Assembly: GCA_013265495.1 (NCBI GenBank)
Contig: MU058883.1
Location: 676,596 to 740,595, forward strand
DNA length: 64,000 bases
From: Vicugna vicugna
Taxonomy: Eukaryota
Direction of reading: 5' to 3'
A program made the position numbers and the translations under genes. Positions 62,281-64,000 of the stretch are shown piece by piece (position 1 is the first letter of the stretch; every line of letters begins with the position of its first letter). The notes beneath the pieces are model-generated. The model was not told the DNA's origin, did no database searches, and saw only the letters and a list, made by a program, of their open reading frames with translations.

Positions 62281-63294
62281 GTCGTTGCCCCAAGTCACAC
62301 TGCCCCCCTGGTCCACGTTGTGTCGTCCGAGTCGTGCTGTCCCCTCCTCTTGGTGTCCAGTCATCCATGACGCTGAGCACTGCCATTTGGCTTCCCACTC
62401 AGAAGTTATCACAGGATACTTGCTGCTCATTTAACAGATGGGCTCACTTGCTCTTTGTTTTTTTGCCTGCTAAAAGGTAGCTCAAATCATCTGAACGTCA
62501 GGAGCCCCTCTAGATGGAAAGACCTGGGTACTTTCTCAAAGGCGTCACTCTGCAAGCGAGGACAGACTCCTCACCTGTTGTTAAGAAGCTAGTGCCCAGC
62601 CAAGGGTGAACAGCCACCCTCACTCACCTTTTTTTTAATCATCCTAACTAATAGGTTTTTATTTGAGATCTGTATCTTGTGACCTGATTTGTGTCTGAAA
62701 AACGACACCTCAGCGTAGGGAGTTAGTTTCTTTAATTAACTAGTAAGTGCTATATATCGTTTGTAAAAAGAATTAGTGTGTTGTAGCTCATTGAAATGTT
62801 CACAATGTGTAGATGGGGTGGATTTATACATACATGAGGTACACTTTCTGGTCTGTGTTACTGTGTTATTAATTTGGGGACCAGACACTAAGAGGATGTA
62901 GAGGCAGTGAGGAGATCCCGCTCAAGGAAGCCAGCAGGCCGCGGCACCAGGACAGCGTGGGAGGGGCCGTGGCACCGTCCTCTGCCTGGTTGCTCAGACT
63001 CTGTTCCTTCACCCAGGAAAGAGCCTTCTTCAGTTAATAGTGTACCGTCTTCTGGCGTAGGTAAAGATGAAGCCCCCCCCCGCTTAGAGTAAGGAAAATG
63101 TCTTGAATTTTGTTTGGTGTTCCTTTTTTTTCCATTCTTATTCATTCATGTTTTAATGAGATAAATGATAAACATATGTAATTTTAAATAGATGCATTCT
63201 CAGAAGTGTGAAATGAAATTTTCCTTAGGGTATCTGTCAGAAATAACCAACTACGTCTGTCGCAATGTTACAATTGTAATTTCTTTCAACTCAG

Positions 63295-63352
63295 AAAAGT
63301 GGAAAATGAGGACATGAATAAAGACCAGATCCTGCTGGAAAAGGAAGCCGAG
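63295..63352 (+). CDS. SEPTIN2: SEPTIN2 exon 11 (58 nt), KVENEDMNKDQILLEKEAE; the terminal coding exon lies outside the window
   Basis: tcaactcag acceptor and GAG|GTAAGT donor. Start of the coiled coil; no LRRMQEM exon seen before 64000. Confidence 0.97.
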
Positions 63353-64000
63353 GTAAGTGGGAAAGGAGCTTTGTAAATCTTTGCCCCTGAAGCTGTTTCG
63401 CCCGAAGTCGTTGCCGGCGGTCTTACTGCAGCCCTGCCCATTCGCCTGCGAGGGGGCGCGCTGCACGGCACTGGTGGTGCCCGTCGTGCGCCACGGCACG
63501 GGTGTGCGGCTCTCCTTCTGCCGTCTCACTTACTCTCCAATGGCAATGTAGTGGGGAAAGTTGGAAATGGAATTTAGTAACGACGCTTTTGTAAAATGTT
63601 TACCAGTCAGTTGTTTTCCTGTACGTAGACAATGAAAGTACAGTGAAGACACTTCCATTCACCATCGTTAACAAAAATTTAACAAGAGGCACGTAGGACT
63701 TACACAAGAGAAGAAACTTCTACTGAAAACTTCTTCAGAAGTGTGAATAAACAGTTTTTAGGTAGGATGCTCAGTGCGGGGATTGCAGTTCTGAGTTAAT
63801 GCAACTCCGGCAGAGTTGTGTTCGCTGAGTTCTTTTTTTTAGGGGAGAGTTTGATAAAAGAATTTCATTTGTTTTGAAGACTAAGCATGGGAAATACAGG
63901 AAGCTCTGTAAACAGCAGACCCACAGGAAGAGGCTAGCTGTACTGGCTGAGGAACGTCGAAGTGGTCATCCAGAGTGTGGTACAGGCGTGGCAGGCTGAT

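Noticed and set aside
1-64000. CRISPR arrays, prokaryotic defence or mobile systems, rRNA, snoRNA or miRNA genes
   Set aside because: The sequence is spliced mammalian DNA. I saw no regularly spaced repeat-spacer arrays and recognised no structured RNA gene, though an Rfam/Infernal scan would be needed to exclude small RNAs.

Overview
This is mammalian genomic DNA holding a head-to-head gene pair. HDLBP (vigilin) lies on the minus strand: its 5' UTR exons and first four coding exons are present, and it runs off the left edge. SEPTIN2 lies on the plus strand: exon 1 plus ten coding exons give 328 codons, and the last coding exon lies beyond the right edge. The two genes share a CpG-island bidirectional promoter at about 40.0-41.9 kb with YY1, NRF1, ETS and CRE-like motifs. 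HDLBP has a second, TATA-containing CpG-island promoter at about 12.8-14.1 kb. Introns carry ancient repeats (L1M, L2, MIR, MLT1, MER20, MER58A), one tRNA-Ala-derived SINE with target-site duplications, and young L1 3' ends. The SINE type and the lack of recognisable Alu, B1/B2 or Bov-A/BovB elements suggest a camelid genome (inference). There are four N gaps. I found no prokaryotic systems, CRISPR arrays or bona fide RNA genes, and no wholly new system. The most notable signals are three. (1) SEPTIN2 shows a sharp GC3/CpG mosaic; its only three amino-acid differences from human SEPT2 as I recall it (all Ile to Val) fall in the most GC-rich exon, suggesting GC-biased gene conversion. (2) The distal HDLBP exon 1 has a uORF whose stop overlaps an ATG that can splice in frame into vigilin as a 48-aa extension. 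(3) SEPTIN2 and HDLBP may have overlapping antisense first exons. Comparisons with human sequences are from memory, and repeat boundaries are approximate.
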